Assembly (NCBI GenBank): GCA_000320545.1
Contig: ADNK01001186.1
Coordinates: 8,068-72,067, forward strand
Source: Bigelowiella natans CCMP2755
Lineage: Eukaryota; Protista; Cercozoa
DNA length: 64,000 nt
Direction: 5' to 3'
Of the stretch, positions 53,583 to 64,000 are shown one piece after another; within the stretch, counting starts at the first letter, position 1; each line of letters opens with the position of its first letter. A model generated the notes under the pieces. The model worked only from the letters and a program-made list of their open reading frames with translations. It had not been told where the DNA came from and searched no databases. Position numbers and translations under genes: made by a program.

Positions 53583-54631
53583 ATGCTGTGGAGCCGCTGC
53601 CTCTTACCCATACTCGTCGTCGCTGTGACTCATGATTACAGTGGAGGGGTCTGTGTTGGGGAGGAGGCTCACGTTTGCCATAACTACGGAGTTGCATCAT
53701 CGACGACGAGGTTGGTGTCTCAGGCCGAAGAGCCCGTTTCTACCTGCTTGGGGCCAAATTTCCGAGTCCAATGGGAGCCTAGCTCTTTTCATCTCAGAGT
53801 TTCTCCATGTGCTTCCAACAGGTGGCGCCAAAATTATCGGAATTAGTAGGCTTGAACATTCACTTCTCTATACCGCATAATCATTTCCCCAGTGTTATAA
53901 GTTGGTCTATCTCTCCTCAAAATCCTCCTCACGTGCATGCGTCGATAATGTTACCAGATGCGTCTTTCTCGAGGCTACCGCATTATTTTCAATTTTTTCA
54001 ATCAAAAAAAGGATCATGAAGACTTCTACCACGATACTGTGATGTCTGTATATTTCATAATGAACTACGGTACTGCATCTTAACTAACAAAGGAGTGACG
54101 GAACATCGAAGAACAAAACCATATGGGAAACAGTTGGAAGAGCGCCATTTTTAATAGCAGGTCGGTTTCGTCTGAGTCTTTTGAAATGACGATTTGAGAG
54201 ATGGAATGTATTGAGAACACACTGGTATTTAATCCGCGAATAACTATAATCATCGGTATCTTTCCGATTCTTGAAGGGAGAACTATATATCTCTACACGA
54301 CACTCCTCGTCAATTTGCCCCCTACCCATCCCCCCCCCCCTATCCTCCTCACCGTATCGATATCCCTTCTCATTGTAACATAATAAACGTCCTAAAAGGA
54401 CTCGGCGAATTCGAAATGGAGGAAGTTGGCATGGGATCGTTCCGGTCGAAGAAGGACAACCCTGGTCGTCTCACCGTTTTTCAGGTTTGCGACACGGAGG
54501 AGGGGGGGAGGGAGGGATGCAGGGTGAGTGAAATGAGGTGGTCGTTGGAATGTCTCTATGCTGTTACCCATCGTAGTCAGCATACGCGTTGTTGTTTTCT
54601 CTGTGACGTTCCAATTCGACGCTGTAAAGTG

Positions 54632-54672
<41 letters not shown>

Positions 54673-56021
54673 ATATATTATTCTTCCGTGGGGTTTTCAC
54701 TGATATCATCTGTTGATTTCCTGCTGCGTTGACGACCTGTTCGTACTATGCCGTACTGAGTGGTCACACTGTATCATCTTTCCTATTGCTGTCGCATCTT
54801 GTTTTGCGCCTTATAGACGGTGGATCATGTCAGCTATAACGCCACAGCTCTCATCCTACGCGGCCGACTAAGCTTCCTACACCCCCGACGTGCGAGCCGC
54901 GGGAAGATCGATGGCACGAAGGAGGATGGGGGGACGGGGAAGGACGCTTCCAAAGTTGGCAGATACAGCAACGATGAGGCCGATGGCGAGGAGGCCGTGA
55001 ATGATAATGATGAGTCCGCTAAAATGAACGGTGAAATTGATTACATTCTATCGCTAAGCTGGGATGAAGAAGTGTCTCTCGAGCACCACCTTAGCATTAA
55101 CGTCGAAATGGAGGGGGTGGACGGGCTAGCAAGCGGTAAGATCAGCCATGCGGTGCTAAGATACGCTTCGGACCGCGAGGAGTCCTTCTTTGGCCTCGGG
55201 GAGCAGTTCTCTCACTGGTAATCCGACTGAAACAAAGGATGGCGATTTATTGTTTCGAGGATAGAAATTTGGACGTAGTTGTGATGATGCTGGCAACACG
55301 GTGTATGATAAACAACACACACGGTGCGCGGGTAAATGTCGCAGGGGCAGCAGGGGTTTTTCTCGTTGAAACAAATCAGATATGGCGGCGTCTTTGGAGA
55401 CAATTGGGCTGCTGTTGTGCTAATACTGTTTTGCTTGATAGGGTGGCCATCACCATCATCACGAGTGTATTTATTTCCTTTCAGGAACATGAAGGGACGG
55501 AGACTCCCCATCTACGTGCAGGAGCAAGTCCTCATTTTACTCGCTTCCTCATTTGTGTGAAATGTTAATGATCAAGTGTTGTAACGCCATCATGTAGGGC
55601 ATCGGGCGGGGGCTGCAGCCGTTGAGCTTCCTCGCTGAGTTCGTCGAAACAGGAGCTTCAGGTAACGGGGCTGCTCTTATCCATCGTCAATTAACAACAA
55701 GACTATCATCACCGCCATCGTCATCATCATCAATCATTACATCATGGCATTTCTAACAAAAATATCGTCTATCTCGCCCCCAACGGTTCTATAGAAGTTG
55801 TCCTCACTTCGCCCATCCCCCCCCCCCCCCCCTCCCCCCCTTCCATGCCAAAAATTAGCTTTCCTCACCAAATTATTGACCCGTCATCATCAGGAGAGTG
55901 GCACTCCTCGTACTCTACGATTCCGCACTACATTACCAACAAGCATCGCTCCTTATATCTTAAAGGCTACCTCTACTCCGTCTTCGATTTCACAAAGGTA
56001 GCGCACATCAATTGAGATTTG

Positions 56022-56060
<39 letters not shown>

Positions 56061-57969
56061 ATCGCCGCCACCGCCACCGGCATTCTCGGTACTATTTGTA
56101 TTCCGCGCGTAATACGCTAATATGTCTTTTCCAATGATCTCTCGATGATAATGTTGACAATAATAGCCCGAAAGCGTGGAAATCACAGTTGCTCGAGTTC
56201 CGCGAGAGGGGAGAGGGGCTTTCAAAATCGCTGCGGGGGTGGTTACAGGGAATACTATGAAGGAGCACGTGGCCCGCTACACCCAGTATGCGGGCAGGAT
56301 GCCCCAGCTCCCAGATTGGACTGTTTGGGGTGGTATGTGACACATCATTGTGTGTGTGTGTGTGTTTAAAAAAGAGAGAGAGAGAGAGAGAGGGGGGGGG
56401 GGGGGGCTCGATTCCGTCTGTCGTGGAACTGAGCGAGTGTTATCGTTCTGGTTTTTACCATCCATCCATCTAGGTGCGGTGCTAGGTCTAGAGGGAGGAA
56501 CCGATGCTGTGCTCCAAGCTTACAGGGCGATGAGGGGCGCGGGGACGCCCATTGCAGCCCTCTGGATCCAAGACTGGTCGGGATTTGTGAAGGATGATTT
56601 CGGTTTGTGTCATCAAGATAGATAAGATCAGATACTGTTGGTTGAGCCATTACAGGGAGGGAAGAAGGCTGTGTGGAAGGGGGTGGGCTATTGGGGGTAG
56701 GAGAACAGTCATCATGTCGTCATCATGTCGTCGTCATCGTCGTCATCGCCGTCATCATACAAACATTATTACTTCCAGATATCTCCCTGTTCCTCCTCCT
56801 CCTCCTCCTCATACCCCCTTCTTCTTCCCCCCATGATTGTCTCCCTCCCCCCCCTTCAGGCACTCGTGTAAACTGGAATTGGCGCTTAGACAAAGAGCAT
56901 TACCCCGGCTGGGAGGAGATGGTGCATCAGATCCGAGAGGCCACAGGCACAAGAGTCCTTACATATGTAAATCCCTACCTGAGCAATAAACAATCCAAGG
57001 ACGCCAACAGCGCAGAAAACAATCTGTTCCAACAGGTGGCCCCTCCTCTCAACGATCAAGACTAACTACATTCACCGCGAAAAAGAGACAGACGGGAGGA
57101 GGGCGGGTTAGAGGGGGGGGTGGGGGAAGAAGTCACTTCTGATTCCACCCGATGACGTTAAACGTAGGCAGCAAAACTAGGGTTTTTAGTCCGAAATTCG
57201 TCTGGAGAACCGTACATACAGCGGTGCGCATCCAGGACGTTCACCTTTGGAACGATAGATCTTGCAAACCCGAAGGCTGTCGCGTGGTTCAAAGAGGAGG
57301 TAGGTGATTAAGAAGAAACGACTAGAAGAAGGGGGGGAGAGCACCTCACAGAGCGATTGCTCACGCGTGCCACATGGTCGATTGGTTGTCTGTGTGCTCC
57401 TCCCGCGCTGCAAGGGGACTTCAGCAAAGCAGCACATCTCGTTCCTTTATTTTTTATAATCGAAAAGGTTCTTGAAAGGGGTATGATTGAAGGCTCTAAG
57501 GCAAGTGGCTGGATGGCCGACTTCGGAGAGTAAGTAGTTGTAGTGAATAAACTGCGTTGTCGGCGCCCGTGCTTTTAAAAAGGCAAAGGAAATGTGAATT
57601 TATCGTAAAGCCCTCATCCCTCGCCCCCCCCCAGAGCCGCTCCCATCTCTCATTTATCCCAGGTATCTCCCCTATGACTCGCGCATCGGTGGCCGCGTGC
57701 ACGGCCAAGGTTATTCAGAAGAAGAGGACCCTGAGCACTTCCACAATCGCTTTCCGGAGGAATGGGCAAAACTCAATGCCGAGGTTGTTGCAGACCGCAG
57801 CAGCAGCGGCAGCAACGGCACTGGTACCGACGAGGGCGAAATCGTGTTTTTCTGTCGGGCCATCTCCACGAGATCTCCGAGGCACGCGACGCTGTTCTGG
57901 ACGGGGGACCAAATGGTGAGCGGGTTTCGCTCTGGCTCTGCAAGCGGATTGTCAGATGCTGAGAATGAC

Positions 57970-58005
<36 letters not shown>

Positions 58006-58382
58006 ATATAGCGACGACCGCTTAATGACCTCAGTCACGCACTAGAATGGCTGGCCGCTGGCGCATTCACACCAAAGAGTTGGAAATACGTGATAAACAA
58101 ACGGGATTTTTTTAAAACCCCCGGGTATTTTTTTGCGGCCGCCCCGGATATCCATTGGCTGATACCCATCTATCTATTTATATGACCATGGTCATTGTCG
58201 CCGTCGTCATCATCATCATCGTCGCTAAACCGACAACTATCATAAGGTGACTTGGGACCGACACGATGGACTCCACAGCGCGCTGCTTGGGGTAGGAGAT
58301 CTAACACACATCACGTGCGCGCACACACACACACACACACGCACACACAAAGAGAGCGAGAGAGAGAGAGCGAGAGAGAGAG

Positions 58383-58425
<43 letters not shown>

Positions 58426-60002
58426 ATATCATCTGGTCGGGCTCTCGCCCAATATGTCGCTAATTTACACCATGACGAGAGGTTCTGAGCGGAGGGCTCT
58501 CGGGTGTCGCCCTCACGCACTCGGATATCGGCGGGTACACGATGGTAGAGCGGTGCGTTTTGGGAGGGGCCATCTGCATGTACATCACAAGGGACTGTGA
58601 GCTGCTCATGCGCTGGGCGGAGATGAGCGCATTCACCGGTACCCGGCCGATACAAGCGAGTGGACGCCTTGTTGTTGTTGCTACCGATGTTTTTATTGCT
58701 TTGTCGTGACGCCGAAATGTGTACTGAATAAGGCGAGTGGTGCTTTTTGTCGCTTTAAGCCATAGCAGCATCATCACGAACGACAACAAAAGTCTTTGTT
58801 GTCGCGGCTATCAGCTTGGCCTTGACCCTTCGACTTCTCCGTTTAACTATCCCGTATCAGTTCTCCGCAATATGCCTATCGTTCCTAGATGGATTCACAA
58901 TTGACCTGAGAAGTTAATTTTTGTCTTCTCGTTGTTCTTCTCGTTCTTCCCCTTCTCCCCCCCCCCTCCTCCGTCTCTTCCCCTTTCCCCCCGTGCATGA
59001 AGATGCAATGTTCCGCACCCACCTCGGCTCAGGACCCGGCCCATACCAGGCGCAGATCTTCTCATCCAATGCATCCAAAGCGCACTTCTCGGCATTTGCA
59101 CGGGTTCATCAGTCGCTTTGCGAGTACAGGTCGCACAGTGGCGTTGACACACGCACATTGAGGCACTAGAACAGAAGGGAAAACGATGACGACGACGACA
59201 AAGAAGAAGAAGAAGAAGAAGAAGAAGAAGAAGAAAGCATGAGGCAATTTCCGAAATGATAAGACAGAATCTCTCAGAGAGCTTCTCGGTCGTGTGATGC
59301 TGTGTAGCGGGAAGAGAAGCACCGAGAGGGCAGTCCCTCGGAAGGAAATCCGATCGATTTCCTCTCTTCCACCTTTGGGACAATTCGACTTCTGCGATTT
59401 ATTCGTAGCAAACATGATCCAGTAGCCGCTCGCCAAAGTTGTAAATTCACACCTTCATCCTCTCTTCGTGCTATATGTCTTTGCGCAGGACTTCGCTCGT
59501 CAAGGAGGCACACAGCTCGGGTCTGCCTCTCGCACGCCATCCGATGCTGGAGTTCCCCGAGGACGCCAAAACCATCGCCCTGGAGACTCAAGTGATGATG
59601 GGGCCCGAAATCATGCTAGCACCCGTGTTATCACCAGGCATCACATCCGTCGCAGTGTACCTTCCCTCCCCCTCCCGCGAAGGGGAATGGTGGGTGCGTT
59701 GGCCGACTCTCGACAAAGTTGTGCTAGAAGGAAAAGAAGGCGGGGGGGGGGTCATCACGGTGCGCGCGCGTGTGGGAGAGCCAGCGGTGTTTTTCCTGTC
59801 AGGATTCAAGGAGCGGCATCCTGATGCGTACAAGAGCTTTGTCGCCGAGGCGACTCGGGTTACAGATCGGCTCGAGCACGGAGAATTTCAATGCCCGAGA
59901 CATGTTGATAGCCGGGTCGACTTCGTCAAGTTGTTGCAAATACTGGGGTTCACTGTCGCAGTGGCCGTGCTGCTGCACTGCGCTGTCAAGAGAATGATGT
60001 GA
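53583..60002 (+). CDS. yihQ: GH31 glycoside hydrolase, YihQ/sulfoquinovosidase-like, multi-exon, with predicted signal peptide and C-terminal TM helix
   Basis: FFGLGEQFSHW|NMKGRRLPIYVQEQ|GIGRG; GRMPQLPDW; LGLEGGT; WIQDWSG; GTRVNWNW; nucleophile motif GWMADFGE; acid/base WTGDQ; HSDIGGY; ELLMRWAEMSAFT; C-terminal ILGFTVAVAVLLHCAVKRMM*. Start codon tentative. Confidence 0.85.
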
Positions 60003-60886
60003 CAAAGAAAGGTTAAGGATTTAGTACGTCGTCTGGGATGGTATTGTACATTGCGACAATAATGACCCTGGACACCAAAAACCAGCTGCGATATCATCAT
60101 TATAAGTGCGCGCCTTATTTGTTGAATTTGATCAAAGCATAGCGAAGCATCGCATGCTATATGCATGTGTGTCGTCGAATGAGTGTCGTGCATTGTAGCT
60201 GCTATTCTTTATCAGTGCAGTCGTCCATGCCAGATGCTAGCACATGCAGCGTGTGATGCTCGCAAGCTACTACGTATAAGGTACTAACACATCAAGCACA
60301 TGAATGTACGTAGCTGTGCACACAATTTCCTGCTTGCGTGTAGCACATCACATGTGTGTGCCGCCATCATATATCATTAAGACTGTCATTGCGCGGCACA
60401 GCAATACACATACTAGCATATACAAACAACTTGTAGCGCTACCAGCAGTTCCGCGCACACAATACCGCGCGCGCGTTCATTTATATGCCCCCGCCTGCTG
60501 ACTGAATCATCATGTTATTATATTGACTGAGTTTTCGCGCGTGATGACGATCACGAACCACGCAGCATCATGTCTCATAGCAAAGAATATGCATTATCTT
60601 TTCTACCCAACTAATAGAGGGAAAAGGAATTTATGAAGTAAATAAAAAATATCTTATGCGACAATAATCATCTGCTCGCGATGAAGCTCCTAGTGGGTTC
60701 CCCACTGCCAAAAAAGCTGCCAGCTGATGGTTCTCCACATCTTTCAACAGCTATTCGTTCAATATCCATGTTTTTCCTACCACGCAGCACTCTCTATCCT
60801 CTTTCGTCTGCTCGATGGATATCCTCCAATCTCTGTTCTTGTTCGTTCGTTCGTTCTGCTTCTTCTTCTTCACCATCATCGAAAGG

Positions 60887-61270
60887 TTATTGTTGCTGCG
60901 CTGCTGTTTCTGGGGCCTCCACCTCCATTGCCTCTCCGCCAGGGTTAGATTCAGCGTTGTTACTACCAGAAGATGATGCAGGAGCAGGCTCTGCTTTTGG
61001 CGCAACAAGCCCCCCTCCCTCCTTCATCTCGCCCTTTGTCTCTGTTTTCGTGGAGGGAGCAGCTCCGGCAGCTGGGGAGCCATTCGTTGGCTGTGCTTGT
61101 TGTGGAGGCGCAGCCAACGACGAAGATGCCATCGATGGTAATGAAGCTGGCGCTGCTCTAGCTGCTGGTGCTGCTGCTGTAGGCTGCTGGCTATGATTGG
61201 GGGTGACGCTACTTATCGTTATAGCAGCATTGGCGTTACTGCTAGTAGTAGTACCAGGAGTGGCAGTAGC

Positions 61271-61305
<35 letters not shown>

Positions 61306-61976
61306 AAGTAGCAGTAGCAGTAGTAGTAGTAGGAGGTTGCGTCGGAGTAGTAGTCGCAGTGGACGCCTGCATAGGCTTTGGCACCATCGTCTGTGCAGGA
61401 GAGACTGGCTGCTGCTGCTGCTGCTGATGATGATGATGAAGATGAAGAGAAGGGAATAACACGTGGAGGAGAGAGAACAAAACAACACAGCAATAGCGAT
61501 CAAAAGAAGGCAGGTTTGCTTTTGGAAAATGAGATCCGGGTTGATTTAGTGATGTGTAGTAATTATATCCGGTCGTCGTCGTCATTGTCATCATAATCCA
61601 CTGGAGGAGTTATTTCTTAAGGTACTTACTCTACACACACACACACACAACACACAAACAAACAAACACACACACAAACACCACGCGCGCGCGCCCAGAT
61701 TCTTCAAGCTAACAACTAACTAATCGACAGGGCATCGCACATGCATACCGCTGTTGGTGCTGCTGGATTTGACGAAGATACAGTTCCCCCGCCTACTGCA
61801 GATGATACTCCCGGAGAGTGGGCTGATGATATTGACGGTGTTGCGGTCCATGTTGGCTGCTGCCTTCCCACCATAGCAGCGGCGGCGTTTGCTGCAGCAA
61901 AGTTACCCTGCACTGGCCTTCGCGCCTGTGTTGGTTTCTGCGGTCAGAACACGCATGACGCATATGTGAAGATATA

Positions 61977-62021
<45 letters not shown>

Positions 62022-62076
62022 TATACATTTTATTTATAAAACAGGAGGAGAAGCTTGGAGGCTAATGCGATAAGTA

Positions 62077-62113
<37 letters not shown>

Positions 62114-62327
62114 ATATTGTTGGGCCGTTGGCTGGGAGTGTTGCATCATCTGCCTCTGCATCTGCTGTGCCTGCACCTCGTAGTTGTTCTTATTCAAGAG
62201 CATGTAGTAGCGGTTCTGCGCCTCCATCAGCAGCCTGTGCGTGGTCAGTCTCTGCATCGAGAGGGAGGCAGGGGGCTCTTTCTTGGCGGCGATTGCCGTG
62301 TCGACGTGGCGTGTTATCTGTGTGTGA

Positions 62328-62362
<35 letters not shown>

Positions 62363-62642
62363 TTGGATGGGTTTCTCTCGCAATAGTGGCGACCCCCCCC
62401 CCCTCCATCGTTACCCAGCACCCTTTCTTCTCTACAGGTCTAGCAGCATCTTATATCGGCGCAATCGGCCACCGCCGTCCGTCACCTGTTGCAGCTGTGC
62501 ATGGTATTGCTGGACCAAATTATAGGCCGCAACTAACTGAGCTTGGGTCTGAGGGTTGGAGAGGGCGCCCTGTCGTAGACTGCCACGCCCGAGCTGAATG
62601 ATTGATGACGTTAACATGGAGAGTATATGTATTTATTTATAT

Positions 62643-62689
<47 letters not shown>

Positions 62690-63521
62690 GCTCTGTATCT
62701 TCCAAGCACTACCGCTCCGTGGCAAAGGGTGTTAGAATCTTTACATTATGATACTATATCGACTCTTGCGCCCCTCTTCCCTCCTCCTCCATTTCTTTTG
62801 TTGTCGTCGTCGTCGTCGTCGTCGTTGTTGTTGTTGTTGTTATGGTGGTGGTGATAGGCCGCGGCTTTTGAATCTATTCTGCTTCGTCTGTGCAGGGATG
62901 TTCGTCGCGTGAATTGGCCATCATCGTTCTACCCACATAATACCGGTGGCTTTAAATGTGCGGTCTTCTGTCTCTTCAGTTGAGCATCCTGGGCTTTCCT
63001 GGCATTCTCCTCGTAAGCCTGCCAAGGGGACAACGATGATGTGTCAATGCGAGGGATGGACTGGCGACGAAGAAGAGGAGGAAGAAAGGAGAGGGAGAAG
63101 GGGATGATGACCGCTCACAAATGAACATCCATGCTACAGATGCACCCACTGCTCGCGCGCGCGCGCACACACACACACACACACGAAACACACGAAACAC
63201 ACACGGGACTGCGAGTCTTAACCTTCCTGGCTGCAGGGCTGACAGCAACCCACAGCTTTCGGATGTGGTTCGTGATCTGTTCCAATTCACGAAGAAGAGA
63301 GACAAAGAGGGCAAATCATGAGAAAAAGGGGGGGGGGGGGGGGATAAGAGGAAAGGGAGAAAGACACCGAGCAGCAGCTCAAACATCGGTATTATCGTCA
63401 AAAGCTATGAGAAAGAAGCAAACGAATGGGGGGCATTGTGCATAGACGAAAATCCCACAAGTGCGCGGCGGCGGCGGCCTCTAAAAAGATGGATCCAACG
63501 TAACAATACTCTACATCTTCC

Positions 63522-63573
<52 letters not shown>

Positions 63574-63597
63574 ACCCCCCCCCCCCCCCCCCCCCCC

Positions 63598-63645
<48 letters not shown>

Positions 63646-64000
63646 AAAAGATTTCAAAAAAGGGCTTTGGGGATCATCCCCCCCCTTTTATTTATAAAAC
63701 CGAACTTCTTTAAAAAAAAATATCTTTTTTCCCCCAAAAAAATTAAAAAAGGATGCGAATCCTGGGTTCCAAAAACAAAATCCTCTTGCCGATGGGAAAA
63801 AAAAAGGGGCTCTTCGGGCGCCCCTTCACCCCTTTTTTTTCTCAGTGGGAAAAAAGAAAAAAAAGGGGGGAGAGAGAAAGAAAGAGAGAGAAAGAGATAC
63901 ATAGGGGGGAGCGACAAGACGTTTGAAGGGGGCGGGGGGGGGGGAAAATTACTTGGGACTCCGTTTCCGAGTGGAGGTGGGTGAGCGTGAACAGTGGAAT
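60887..64000 (-). CDS. HMG-box-like protein with Gln/Thr/Ala-rich C-terminal region, multi-exon; 5' end beyond the window
   Basis: Spliced ITNHIRKLWVAVSPAARK|AYEENARKAQDAQLKRQK resembles HMG-box helices 2-3. Downstream exons are poly-Q and poly-T rich and end EVEAPETAAQQQ*. Confidence 0.55.

Noticed and set aside
827-63984. Numerous ORF-track entries made of CVCV, IYIY, ERER, HTHT, poly-S/T/V/L
   Set aside because: Translations of intronic microsatellites, not genes.
63436-63984. 182-aa Lys-rich ORF and homopolymer-rich tract at the window end
   Set aside because: Inflated A/C/G/T homopolymers after (TA)n arrays look like low-quality read sequence inside an intron.

Overview
Eukaryotic nuclear DNA with GT-AG introns packed with microsatellites. 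It probably comes from a chlorarachniophyte alga (Bigelowiella-like); this is inferred from EFL in place of EF-1alpha and from signal-plus-transit-peptide plastid leaders. About 13 protein genes were reconstructed by hand: tRNase Z (5'-partial), an ABCC transporter, a SEL1/CaaX protein, Tctex-1, a TCAIM-like protein, purple acid phosphatase, chlP, EFL, a TPR-like protein, an R2R3-MYB, a Tat-targeted six-Cys thylakoid-lumen protein, a YihQ-like sulfoquinovosidase and an HMG-box protein (5'-partial). They alternate strand almost perfectly. The strongest signal is non-coding. Intergenic blocks downstream of genes have lost nearly all TpA dinucleotides except those inside CTAG: by hand count, 14 TpA in 1980 bp at 32701-34680, 11 of them CTAG. 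TG/CA is abundant there while CpG and ApT are retained, and nearby promoters and introns are TA-rich. This looks like a domain-restricted, context-specific TpA->TpG/CpA mutation or base-modification system, directionally opposite to fungal RIP. A Helitron-like 3' end lies inside the largest block. Exon boundaries and counts were done by eye and are approximate.
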